Counted from the stretch's first letter, positions 1 to 11,657 are shown. The stretch: 64,000 nt of DNA from Octopus vulgaris (GCA_951406725.2 OX597816.1:95976001-96040000); one strand, 5' to 3'. Numbers and translations are program-made. Notes: generated by a model not told the origin, from the letters alone.

Positions 1-608
1 CAAATTCATTATGCTTTTTGAGTCAGAAACTCTTCTGAGACATACATAAGCCACTTCATTTGGTCCAATTTCTAAATGCTTTGCATAAAGCGACATTACA
101 TCGCTTGAAATTGAAATCGGTTGCAAGTTCATTCAGATTCCATATATATATACACTTTGCATCTTCCTTTCTGTTTATGCGAATGTAGAAATATTACTGA
201 AGTAACGATTTTTAAAATTTTCGTTAATAAGCTTCATATATACATAAATACACAAATGGTATATGAAAATAATTTAATATATATATATTTGTGTTTTTAA
301 TATATTTATGGTTTTTAATATATATTTATGTTCGATTTATGATAATATGGGAACGTTAAAGTTGTTTTGACCAATTAGAGCATTTATTCATTATACCTTT
401 CAATTTATTTTTACATACCTACCTACCTAACTAACCTACCTGCATACATACATACATCCATCATACATACATACATGCATACACGCATGCCACCCAAATT
501 ACTTACTCTTGTAATGTAACAAGCAGAACCATTACATAGTGCATAAATATATATGTACAGAGGAAAGTAACTTAGCAACGTCATTTTAATCAGACCACTG
601 CTTTCAAT

Positions 609-645
<37 letters not shown>

Positions 646-1350
646 ATCAGTTTGTCTGTCTGTCTCTATGTCTATCCGTCTGTCTGTCTGTCTGTCTATG
701 TATCTCTCTCTCTATCAGTCTGTCTGTTTCCCTATCCATTATATATAAATATATATAGAGACACACACACGCACATACACATGCGTACATGAATACATAC
801 TTGCACTCTTACACATATGCGAACAGAATGCGAATAAAAGCATCCATTTAGAGAGAAATTGTAAGAATACTGATTTCAATAGGAAGCGGATGATCAGTGA
901 GTGATGTAAACTTCATAGAAATAGAAATATAACATTATGAAATAGGTTTAGCTGAGAACAGTGTCAGAAAAATAAAACTTCAAGATGTCTACAACAAGCT
1001 GATCTTTACAAACTGACGCCACTAGGATATGTACTCCAAACAAACTTGAATATCATACACCCATCTAATTAATACCTTATTCTCTTTAACTCTGTCAGAG
1101 GTATTGGCTTCTCTCTAATGTATTCAGTATCATTCCATTCTCCAATACTACACAACGAGAAGTCTTCGACTTTATTCATCCAAGGGATTTTTAAGCTAAT
1201 ATTCTACATACTGTGATTTATAGTTTCATCTACTATGAGTTCCGGAGTTGAAGACGAGTGACTTCAGATAGCTCAAGTCTCTAAATTCTAATGGTGTAAA
1301 CAATACATACATACATTCAAACACACACAGATACCCCCCCCCCACACACA

Positions 1351-1389
<39 letters not shown>

Positions 1390-1481
1390 GCACAAACACA
1401 TACCCACACATTGTAAATGAATCTTCATCTATTTCGATAGTTGGAGATCCAGTTGTTCAATCAGTAAAATTATCTGCTCAT

Positions 1482-1736
1482 CGCACTCACAATCTTGAGA
1501 TCGTGATTTCGATACTCAGATCGGCTGCGTGTTGTGTTCTTGAGCGAAACACTTCATTACAGGTTACTCTACTCTGCTGTAAATGGGTAACCCTGCGACA
1601 GGCTATCCCTTCGATCAGTGGAATGTTGGCCGGCTCGTCTAGCCAGCGGAGTGGCATCATCCAGAAGCTAAAACGATACAAAAGTGCATTGTGACCAGTG
1701 ATGTAAAACAACATCCAATAATCTAGTCCATCCACA

Positions 1737-1740
<4 letters not shown>
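1482..1740 (+). mobile_element. tRNA-derived SINE copy (decayed), ending at (TA)n
   Basis: B-box-like GATTTCGATACT followed by TGTGTTCTTGAGCGAAACACTT (CORE/V-SINE-like segment) and GTAAATGGGTA. A related head lies on the minus strand at ~37075-37185. Confidence 0.55.
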
Positions 1741-1789
<49 letters not shown>

Positions 1790-2587
1790 CATTTACATAT
1801 ACACACGCACGCACACACACCTATTCTTGACCCGTTGGGTCACCGGTGAAGTCTAAGTTTCCCAACAACGGAGTTTTGTTTCGTGGAATTTTTTTCTTTT
1901 CCATGTTATTTCGCATGCTTTCAACGAATGTGACATCAAAATCACACGTAAACAGCTCCTTTCACCAGAAAAGTAAAGGTTTGGCTGCTATTTCTTGCAC
2001 GTCCTGTACCACGTAACAAGTATTTCGGGTCCTTTATCGCAAATAAATGTTACATGGAGGTAGGGTGTACTAGATATAGCAGCCAAATCTTTGGAAGTGA
2101 GATACGCTGAATGGACTCGAAAGAAACCTAAGGAAAAAAAACCTATTTCACACTGACGTTACGAACGGGTCTTTTACGAAATATTTACCTATTTTTAAAG
2201 TATTTTTCTCTTAAAAATAGTTTGCCCATCATAATGTGTCCAATGGAAAGGTTAGAGTTTCTTCCCTTTCAGGGTTAAGTTATTTTCTGAGTATTTTCCC
2301 ATTATGCACTGTTTTGGGAATTTATACCCCCAAACTCCGAATATCTCAATAACAACTGGTCCGAATTACACGAAACTTGTTTTATTCTGTTCGTATCCAC
2401 ATTTCAGGGGACCTTTACTGTCAAAGTATTTTTTCATTATGCATCTATTTGGCTGTCTAGCATTGCAAGTAAGCAAGCAACATTGAACTTTGCTTTTAAT
2501 ATATATATATATATATATATATGGTGCTATTAAGTTAGACATGGCCTGGGCCAATACTGCCCAAAACCTTTCTAAGTTATTCTAAGT

Positions 2588-2618
<31 letters not shown>

Positions 2619-2761
2619 ATGCATATATAATTGGTTTAGGTACCAAAGGGAAAACTTTATATGTATGTATACAATTGTGTGCTTTGACAGCAGTATTAGA
2701 GCGTTTAGCACTTATTTCTAGCAATGTACGTGTTTCTAACACAGTCATAGATAATAACGGT

Positions 2762-2810
<49 letters not shown>

Positions 2811-2831
2811 GTATGTAAGCATGCATATATG

Positions 2832-2867
<36 letters not shown>

Positions 2868-3074
2868 GTGAAATAGAAAGATGAATAATCTTGTTGTAGA
2901 TTAATCAAAAGTTAACCGATACCTTAGTAGCAAAAATCACAGCAGTAAACAGCACGGTTGGAGGTACAACCATCTGGCGTTGCAACCGTGCGTTGGTGCG
3001 GATAATTGAAATTAAAACATTATTGGTGAATTGAAGAAATGGAGCTGAACGCAGATTGAACAGAAATCGTTTTA

Positions 3075-3163
3075 TTTCATTCTACACGTGTTTCGAAAGG
3101 CACAAATTACCAAAATCCGATTGAATAATGGGACCATATTGTGTCTTTCTCTTCAGGAAGAAA
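3075..3163 (-). ncRNA. Type I hammerhead ribozyme (mirror copy)
   Basis: Exact reverse complement of the 6901-6989 motif. Confidence 0.8.
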
Positions 3164-3757
3164 AAAGGAAATCCGTTAGAGAAACAAAAACAGAACAGAG
3201 GCGGAGCAAAAACCAAATCGAACTATGCTCCTAAGAGCCCATGGCGAAACTGTTTATCAGTGTATGCTGAGAACCGGTGGCTGAAGAATTCTACAGGTCA
3301 GGCATCGGTCAATCAAGTGGGTGAGGGTGTATAGATGTTCTTAGTGACCGAGAATAAAGTTCTGACTATTTAAGGAATATTGGATGTTTTATAAGGGGCG
3401 AGAAAAAATCTACTTAGAGACGTGTGTGTGTGTATACTGTTCTATATATGTGTGTGTTGGCGTAGGGGTAGATAACATTTTTTGTGTACGTGTGTGCGTT
3501 TGATCGTTCGGCTGTCAGTGGCTACTGCCGTGATAACCGTTGGGTGGCAGAAAGAAAAAAATATATATATATTATGTTTTATGTGTGTGTGTGTTCATCT
3601 AAGCCTACCTTGTCAAGGAAACCCCCCGCTGTGAAAAAACCAAGCCCCGTTTGTCTTACAGGAGTAATTCCCCTTGCAGTGGATAATCGTAGATATCTTA
3701 AAGGCTATTTCAGAATTTGTTACCAAGGGCTATGGGTGCCGGTATTATTTATAAACG

Positions 3758-4654
3758 CTATTTAAAAGCCAGATAAGTGTAACGCCGCCAATGGGGGCAT
3801 CGAAAAGCCGACTGTAAGAGCCCGTTTACCATCCGGCCTCTGGCAAACAAAATATGGAAGAGTTCGGAGACACAAAGGTTGCACTGTCTTCTGCCCCTAT
3901 CAAATGGGAGGGCCACCGACAAAATTGACCATTCCAGCCTGTAGCTTAAGTTCGTATCCTTCAGTCGCCATATTAGCTTACTGAGTCCCGTGGTCTGGCG
4001 CTTGTTCACGTCCCGAAAAGTTGCGTAATGATTGGAGACACGCAAAGACAATCTTGAGGATGATGCCCCTACATAAGTGAAGACATCTGAGTCCGTGTAA
4101 ACCTTGCATTGGTAGACGGCGTTTTGATCTTGGAGTTCGCCGACGTAAATCTTAATCTGCTAGGATTAGTTTCTGAAATTAGAACTGCGTTCCTGTCACT
4201 ATATTCGTTCCGAGACCTGCAGCCGCTTACTACTCTATTTTCCACTACGTCACTATTAACTATAGGAATAACCCCTGATTCTCCACTATCTATCAGAGTA
4301 CTGTCATTGCTAGTGCCCGTGGTGCTGCTATTGCGGGAAATGATGCTGGGGTTGCTATTGGGGCTCTCTACCCTACTCCCATTGTTACCGTCAACCACAA
4401 CACCCCTATTTATAACTATACCCCTAGTGGGTACTCCCTGGCTGGAGCTGAGATTATGTGTCACTGTACTGGCTCTCATATCATTATTACTACTATAATT
4501 ATTCCTACTGAGCATTAAACCGGGAGCGGAAGAGGCTGTGCCTCCGGAAAAAGGTGATAGGGTCTTAGTAAGTAGCCTATTATTATGGGAGGCGATTATC
4601 TGGGCGAGGTTTTTAGTGTTGGAGAAAGCTATCCTAACTTTATGTGAGTTAACC
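3758..4654 (-). pseudogene. Inverted partial copy of the PLE linker + GIY-YIG endonuclease, frameshifted
   Basis: ORFs 4069-4704 and 3758-4051 reproduce the 5353-6306 protein, with a 1 nt deletion at ~4122. Confidence 0.9.
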
Positions 4655-6306
4655 CGGAGATCGCGGGCGGCCTGTATCGTGACGATTGTCTGTTTTACCT
4701 GCAAAACACCACGAACAGAATAGTGCAGAAAACTAAGAGCAGGTTAGCTAGGTTTTTTAATAGAATGGGCATGAGTATAGTTTTTGATAATGAACTCACC
4801 AAGGCTAATTTCCTAGACGTTACACTTAACCTTAATAGCGACTCATACTGCCCTTACCATAAGCCTTCCACTAATTTGAAGTATGTCAGTGTCTTCTCAA
4901 ATCATGCCAAAACCGTAACAGACAATTTGGTTAAAAACATCTCTCTAAGATTGTCTGGCTTGTCCGCCAGTGCCGATATTTTTATGCAGAAAGCGGAATT
5001 TTATAACGCCGCACTATCCAAGGCCGGTTATAGGCAGAAGGTAATTTATATTGATCCGGCCCTTCCGATGCCATCATTCGGTCATCAGGATAGGGCCGTA
5101 TATAATAACATAACATTTTAAGTAAGTGACGGGAGCGCGACGGATGCTGGGGTAGTCGCTCCCGCATTTAATTTAGCGAACAAGGATAATTATCGGTCCG
5201 GGAGGTCTTACACTAACCCAAGACCCGTTATTTATCCGAGAATCACCCACCAGAGTGCGAGAGCTGGCGTCCCGACCCATCACACTGATAGGAATAAGCA
5301 TATATGGTTTGTAATCCCCTTTGGTAAGCAGATTAGAACTAACCTCCCCCTCTTGTTTAGACAAGCCATCGCCAATAACTTCCCCAGAAATTCCAAATAT
5401 TACTCCACGGTTAACTCACATAAAGTTAGGATAGCTTTCTCCAACACTAAAAACCTCGCCCAGATAATCGCCTCCCATAATAATAGGCTACTTACTAAGA
5501 CCCTATCACCTTTTTCCGGAGGCACAGCCTCTTCCGCTCCCGGTTTAATGCTCAGTAGGAATAATTATAGTAGTAATAATGATATGAGAGCCAGTACAGT
5601 GACACATAATCTCAGCTCCAGCCAGGGAGTACCCACTAGGGGTATAGTTATAAATAGGGGTGTTGTGGTTGACGGTAACAATGGGAGTAGGGTAGAGAGC
5701 CCCAATAGCAACCCCAGCATCATTTCCCGCAATAGCAGCACCACGGGCACTAGCAATGACAGTACTCTGATAGATAGTGGAGAATCAGGGGTTATTCCTA
5801 TAGTTAATAGTGACGTAGTGGAAAATAGAGTAGTAAGCGGCTGCAGGTCTCGGAACGAATATAGTGACAGGAACGCAGTTCTAATTTCAGAAACTAATCC
5901 TAGCAGATTAAGATTTACGTCGGCGAACTCCAAGATCAAAAACGCCGTCTACCAATGCAAGGTTTACACGGACTCAGATGTCTTCACTTATGTAGGGGCA
6001 TCATCCTCAAGATTGTCTTTGCGTGTCTCCAATCATTACGCAACTTTTCGGGACGTGAACAAGCGCCAGACCACGGGACTCAGTAAGCTAATATGGCGAC
6101 TGAAGGATACGAACTTAAGCTACAGGCTGGAATGGTCAATTTTGTCGGTGGCCCTCCCATTTGATAGGGGCAGAAGACAGTGCAACCTTTGTGTCTCCGA
6201 ACTCTTCCATATTTTGTTTGCCAGAGGCCGGATGGTAAACGGGCTCTTACAGTCGGCTTTTCGATGCCCCCATTGGCGGCGTTACACTTATCTGGCTTTT
6301 AAATAG
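4654..6306 (+). pseudogene. PLE polyprotein: RT C-terminal half/thumb + GIY-YIG endonuclease; one frame with a single in-frame TAA (5119-5121)
   Basis: YRDD at 4675-4686, FLDVTLNL, PYHKP, HIWFVIPF, SHNNRLL, AVYQC...YVG, LEWSIL and CNLC. ORFs 4723-5121 and 5353-6306 share a frame, and 5122-5352 is stop-free by manual translation. Confidence 0.92.
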
Positions 6307-6900
6307 CGTTTATAAATAATACCGGCACCCATAGCCCTTGGTAACAAATTCTGAAATAGCCTTTAAGATATCTACGATTATCCACTGCAAGGGGAATTAC
6401 TCCTGTAAGACAAACGGGGCTTGGTTTTTTCACAGCGGGGGGTTTCCTTGACAAGGTAGGCTTAGATGAACACACACACACATAAAACATAATATATATA
6501 TATTTTTTTCTTTCTGCCACCCAACGGTTATCACGGCAGTAGCCACTGACAGCCGAACGATCAAACGCACACACGTACACAAAAAATGTTATCTACCCCT
6601 ACGCCAACACACACATATATAGAACAGTATACACACACACACGTCTCTAAGTAGATTTTTTCTCGCCCCTTATAAAACATCCAATATTCCTTAAATAGTC
6701 AGAACTTTATTCTCGGTCACTAAGAACATCTATACACCCTCACCCACTTGATTGACCGATGCCTGACCTGTAGAATTCTTCAGCCACCGGTTCTCAGCAT
6801 ACACTGATAAACAGTTTCGCCATGGGCTCTTAGGAGCATAGTTCGATTTGGTTTTTGCTCCGCCTCTGTTCTGTTTTTGTTTCTCTAACGGATTTCCTTT

Positions 6901-6989
6901 TTTCTTCCTGAAGAGAAAGACACAATATGGTCCCATTATTCAATCGGATTTTGGTAATTTGTGCCTTTCGAAACACGTGTAGAATGAAA
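6901..6989 (+). ncRNA. Type I hammerhead ribozyme in the PLE 3' UTR/pLTR
   Basis: CTGAAGA 6908-6914; stem II GAAAGACACAA (6915-6925) / TTGTGCCTTTC (6959-6969); GAAAC-ACGT-GTA 6970-6981 (palindromic stem III); stem I TTTCTTC / GAATGAAA; AATAAA just downstream. Confidence 0.82.
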
Positions 6990-7042
6990 TAAAACGATTT
7001 CTGTTCAATCTGCGTTCAGCTCCATTTCTTCAATTCACCAAT

Positions 7043-7092
<50 letters not shown>

Positions 7093-7112
7093 GTATGTAA
7101 GCATGCATATAT

Positions 7113-7149
<37 letters not shown>

Positions 7150-7158
7150 CATGCATGC

Positions 7159-7189
<31 letters not shown>

Positions 7190-7213
7190 CATACATACAT
7201 ACATGCATACATA

Positions 7214-7718
7214 TAATTGAAAATATTGGGGTCAACAAGAAGGCGTACGGTTGGACATTTATTTTCAATCACTACAACTGTTTCTACGAACGCAGTTCTC
7301 CAGCTGTGCAGGTACTTGATTATGCAACTGTTTCCCTGCATTATGAGATCTAGTTATGTTTCCTCTCTGTCTGTCGTGGCCTGAAGTTAGTAGAAGCCAC
7401 TGAGTTTATCAAGGAGTATTGTTGCTGAAGAATTTGTTGGCACTCCTTGATAAACTCAGTGGCTACTACTAATTTCAGGCCACGACAAAGAGAGAGAGGG
7501 AGGAGCGAGAGAGAGCGAGAGAGAATGCTCTTAGAATCGCGAATTTGAGCTTACGGTGACTATATTTACTTATAAACAGCTAGATTTCATAATGCAGGGA
7601 AACGGTTGTATAATCAAGTACTTGCATGCCTGGAGAACTACGTTGATTAGAAACAATTGTAGTTATTAAAAATAAATATCCAACATACATCTGGTTGACT
7701 CCAATTTTTTCAGTTATC
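7214..7718. repeat. Foldback element: diverged outer arms plus a nearly perfect inner hairpin (7373-7466)
   Basis: GTCGTGGCCTGAAGTTAGTAGAAGCCACTGAGTTTATCAAGGAGT pairs with ACTCCTTGATAAACTCAGTGGCTACTACTAATTTCAGGCCACGAC. 7215-7353 pairs with 7580-7718. Confidence 0.85.
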
Positions 7719-7830
7719 TATTCACATACGACAGAAGCCCAAACGCAAACCTGATAGCATAGGGGGAAATCTGAAGGTGGGCGAGCTTTATACTCTACTA
7801 TACTGTGTTCTTAACAGAATGTACCATAAC

Positions 7831-7901
<71 letters not shown>

Positions 7902-7981
7902 GTGTGTGTGTGTGAATGTGTGTATAGATAGAGATGCATGTGTGTTGTGTTTTATGTGCATATATATGTACATATATATAC

Positions 7982-8037
<56 letters not shown>

Positions 8038-8249
8038 GTATATATATACATGTATATCTTTGGCGCTTCTGATAAGATGTGTCTGTCAATAGCGTTTGGC
8101 ATGAGGATCTAGTTTTGGGGATGAAAAATACCAGATACTCGGAAGAATAGCCTTACTTTTTATCTGAAACTATCCCCAAATCTGTTGCAACCCTGAAGAG
8201 TAGCAGCAATTGCAAAGGTTACAGAGAAAACCGCCGTACTAAACCACTC

Positions 8250-9480
8250 TGAGCGAACGTGGTGTTCTGGATATTGTATGACTTATCCTGTAACGTGCCA
8301 TTCTGATAAGCAAGTAATTTGCAAATGGATGTTAAACAAAGGTTTCTCGGCTTGTAGTTGAGTAAAAAAAAAACCAACGTTTTGTATTGAGTTCAACTGG
8401 AAATTTCACATTAATTCTAGTATTCCAACTTTTAAGACGAGACACGTTGACAAAAATGTCAAACTAACAGAGTACCAGATCTGAATGAGTGTAATGTGGA
8501 CAGAGTCACGTTCATGAAGATTCAATAGCCTATCAATATATATTTTTCCGTTTTGCTTTGTAACTTTCAGTTGTAGTATTATGTAGAGGTGGAAAAGAAT
8601 AGACAGTAAATTATACAGCAACAATGGGCTATGATGGGTAAGAAAACGATTGGCGAACTTAGTGATGAAACTGCTTAGCCAAATCTGAATCTCCGACATG
8701 GATGTAAGGGAAACTGGAGTGCCATTAATGAATTAATGTACTTATAATAAATGCTAACCTGGGACACCATTGGACTTTTGGTTACTAAAAGAATAGTCGA
8801 AGTTATAACGAAAATGAGAGGGGGTATCTGTTTATATAATGTAGAGAAAATAGAAGAGAGCAAACAAGCTAAGGGAGTAAAAGTGTTAGCAAAAGAGTAA
8901 AAAAGAATATATTAAAATTCTGATTATATTCGGATAAAGTCATTTGACTGCATTTTATCTTTAGAAAGGAGAGGTGATGACAGTCATGCAAATGTAAGCA
9001 GAAAATGTAGATTATGGAAACGAAGATGTAGAAAAGATGTTCGAAGAAGTAATGAAAGTAATGGACGATAATGGATCGAAATATTTAGTAATGGTAGGAA
9101 ATTTTAGTAGCAAATTGAGAAAATAAAATAGGAAAAAAATAAAAAATAAAAACAAGACGTGGAAATTTGGCTATGGAGTGAAATTATAGAGAGCGATTGA
9201 CAGTAGATATCGCTACTTAATAAACATTAGTTCTTGAAAATTCTGAGTTGAAGAAAGAGAAGAGTGATTACTTGATATGTCAGAGTTCAAGTAGCCAAAT
9301 AAGAAATCAGATATTATGTTAAGTATTTAAAGAGGCATAATTTAGGAATGTGAAGTTATTATCGGTGTAGACATGAGAAGTGCAAGAATCAAACAGAAAA
9401 TCTTTTGATTATAAAGAACAAAAAGATAAGAATAAACATACAAAAGCATCAAAAAGGTTAAGAAAATTTCCAGATAGACA
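8250..9480 (+). mobile_element. Heavily decayed RTE-clade LINE fragments (RT C-terminus, then APE endonuclease)
   Basis: YTQQWA-type end at ~8610-8633. APE-like WDTIGL (8760) and EDVEKMFEEV...LVMVGNFSSKL (~9020-9117, cf. VMGDFNAKIG). Confidence 0.5.
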
Positions 9481-9784
9481 TATCCAATAAAAGTAGCTAA
9501 CTAAATTTATATATATGTACGTATATAGTGGCATCAACTGCATTATGGTATGCTGCATCGTGAAAATGTAACCACAAATCAAAGTTCCTTATGTGAAACT
9601 TACTTTACCATTAATTTTAATTCATAAACTGAAGTGCATTACAACAGAATTTCCCCGATAATGCATTAATATAACAATACAGCTACTTTCATGCATGAAA
9701 ATAAAATTTTAAAGAAACCCTGCAGCTCGCATATATAAGAACACTTGAAAAGAAAAATATTAGGGAATAACTAAACATACAGTA

Positions 9785-9990
9785 ATCTTTTCTGCTCTAG
9801 GCACAAAGCCCGAAATTTTGGGGGAAGTGGGGGGGGGCATTCAATTAGATCGACCCCAGTACGCAACTGGTACTTAATTTATCGACCCCGAAAGGATGAA
9901 AGGCAAAGTCGACCTCGGCGGCAAAGTCGACCTCGGCGGCAAAGTCTACCTCGGCGGCAAAGTCGACCTCGGCGGCAAAGTCGACCTCGG
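9785..9990 (-). mobile_element. SINE (octopus-type, MetaSINE-like core) with 5x 18 bp tandem amplification
   Basis: GGTACTTAATTTATCGACCCCGAAAGGATGAAAGGCAAAGTCGACCTCGG core, with unit GGCAAAGTCGACCTCGGC repeated at 9902-9990. Related decayed copies at ~35380-35560 and ~49460-49655. Confidence 0.75.
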
Positions 9991-10199
9991 ACTAAACATT
10001 CAATAATATCGCATTTCAGTACGTACACACTACAAATAAACTTGACTGTTTTGTTGTTCGGTGATATGTAGTGAAGTAACGGGAGTTGCTGCAAGGACAA
10101 TCGCTATAATCTGCTATGGAGTTCGTCGTCATGAGTATCTAGTACAGAGGTGACGAACTGATCGAAAATTTTTTCACCTTTATGGCTCACCTTTTATTT

Positions 10200-11205
10200 T
10201 TACAATTAATTATTGTAAGAATTGAGCTCATTGTGAACTCTTCTTGCAAGGGTTCCACAACTATCGCGGTTAGAACCATTACTAGCAACAACCTGCAAAC
10301 CTTCCTCTATAATTGTCATACCCTTAACTATATCATTTGCAACCACCTGAAGGAGAATGTGTAGAACTGCTCTATATTCGTGCCTAAAAGTTTTTTTTCT
10401 TATTCTAATATCATAAGACAAACTTACTCTATGAGAGTGTGGCATCAAACTCAACAATAACATTTACGATTTCTTCGATCGCTATATTATTTGTAAATAT
10501 TACAATAACTTCCCGAACTTGATGTAAACTTTCTGCTGATTGAAAAACTGTTAAGTCACTGATACACCCAATATTTTTTTTATTTTATTTTACCAAACAC
10601 CAAATACAATGTCATAGATGAGGTTTTTTCCCCCTCATTCTATGACTTGGCTATGCTCTCTACTTCATCCATAATGTTCACCTTTTACCAAAACCTCTAA
10701 CTTTATTTTTATCTTCCCGTTATTCGCTTTCATAAACTGATTCAGATTTCTCACATTATGCTTCGACTTATCTATCTTATCTTGATCTATGATCTGAATG
10801 TGGTTCTTGTGGTTATACCTCACCGTCACACTACCAGGAAGACGAATTTAAATTGAATTTATATAGCGCAAATAGAATCAGAAGACTTTTCGAAGTTTTA
10901 AATCTGGCGCAGTGTTTATTTACAAGTCATAAAGTTCTAGTAGAGAAGCTCTTTTGGAAAATTCCACCTTCATTTATATTTTAGACAGTGATAGCCTCCT
11001 TCAGTAATGATTTTCTTCAGGTCTTCAGAATAATTAGTAGTTGGATCTCTGTCAGCATTGACAGTTCCACTCGTCATTTTGGTGTTGTGGCAATTAATGT
11101 ATTTCTTTTAAAACTTCCAAGCCATCTTTTACTACCAAGAAAGAGCCTTGCATCAGATGTTTGGCATCTTCCTCTTTCTGCAAATAGCCATTCTTTTAAT
11201 CTTTT
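10200..11205 (-). mobile_element. Decayed pogo/Tigger-like transposase fragments
   Basis: FLGSKRWLGSFKRN (cf. FxASxGWFxxFKxR, CENP-B HTH), SGTVNAD...LKKIITEGGY, and C-terminal IEEGLQV...RRVHNELNSY. Confidence 0.6.
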
Positions 11206-11267
11206 ACTTGTTTCAGTCATTTGACTGCGGCCATGCTGGAGCACCATCTTTAGTCGATCCCAGGACT

Positions 11268-11358
11268 TACTACTACTACTACTACTACTACTATTACTAC
11301 TACTACTACTACTGCTGCTGCTGCTGTTGCTACTGCTACTGCTGCTGGTACTTCTACT
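11268..11358 (+). repeat. (TAC)n/(TGC)n trinucleotide microsatellite next to a SINE 3' fragment (11205-11268)
   Basis: Directly visible. TTTGACTGCGGCCATGCTGGAGCACC matches 46074-46100. Confidence 0.85.
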
Positions 11359-11657
11359 AAGTGCTACTCCCTCAATTGCTTCCACCTCATCTTAACCTTT
11401 CTTTACCTTCTCTACCAAAACACCCCAATCTTCCTCCAATTTCTCTATACAATAGCCATTCTTCAAATGGTCATTTTGTTCTTTTCAGCAATGGCTCTGA
11501 TGAAAGTAGCATTAATTTTCGTAGGTCTTTCAATTTACTCCAAGTGATCAATAGGGCAACTGAGTAAACCTATCTATGACACAATGACTACTGGAAACAG
11601 CTATAAGCCAAATTTGCTATAATAAAGGAATTATATGTAATGATCATTATTTCAACA

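Larger units (their letters stand above)
2863..7050 (+). mobile_element. 5'-truncated Penelope-like retroelement (PLE) with an inverted duplicate of its 3' portion
   Basis: RT and GIY-YIG motifs at 4655-6306. Arms 3013-4654 and 5409-7051 are reverse complements. HHR in the 3' UTR, (TA)n at both ends and a duplicated 36 bp flank. Confidence 0.93.
3013..7051. repeat. Near-perfect 1.64 kb inverted repeat (arms 3013-4654 / 5409-7051) with 754 bp spacer
   Basis: Outer ends AAAACATTATTGGTGAATTG / CAATTCACCAATAATGTTTT and inner ends TATGTGAGTTAACC / GGTTAACTCACATA. Identical mirrored ORFs (3128+/6730-, 3484+/6299-). The only difference I saw is T4 at 4122-4125 versus A5 at 5938-5942. Confidence 0.97.

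Noticed and set aside
5119-5121. Selenocysteine recoding as in Naiad PLEs
   Set aside because: The interrupting codon is TAA, not TGA.
5122-5360. Apparent intron in the PLE (GTAAGT...CTAAC...pyrimidines...TTTAG)
   Set aside because: The interval is stop-free, in frame and encodes the conserved HIWFVIPF motif. Splicing would leave the TAA and shift the frame.
4109-5939. Hydrophobic 124-129 aa ORFs resembling membrane proteins
   Set aside because: They are antisense shadows of the S/N-rich PLE linker.
9879-10100. RGRLCR-repeat protein or CRISPR-like array
   Set aside because: Contiguous 18 bp SINE-derived tandem with no spacers and no cas genes. The DNA is eukaryotic.
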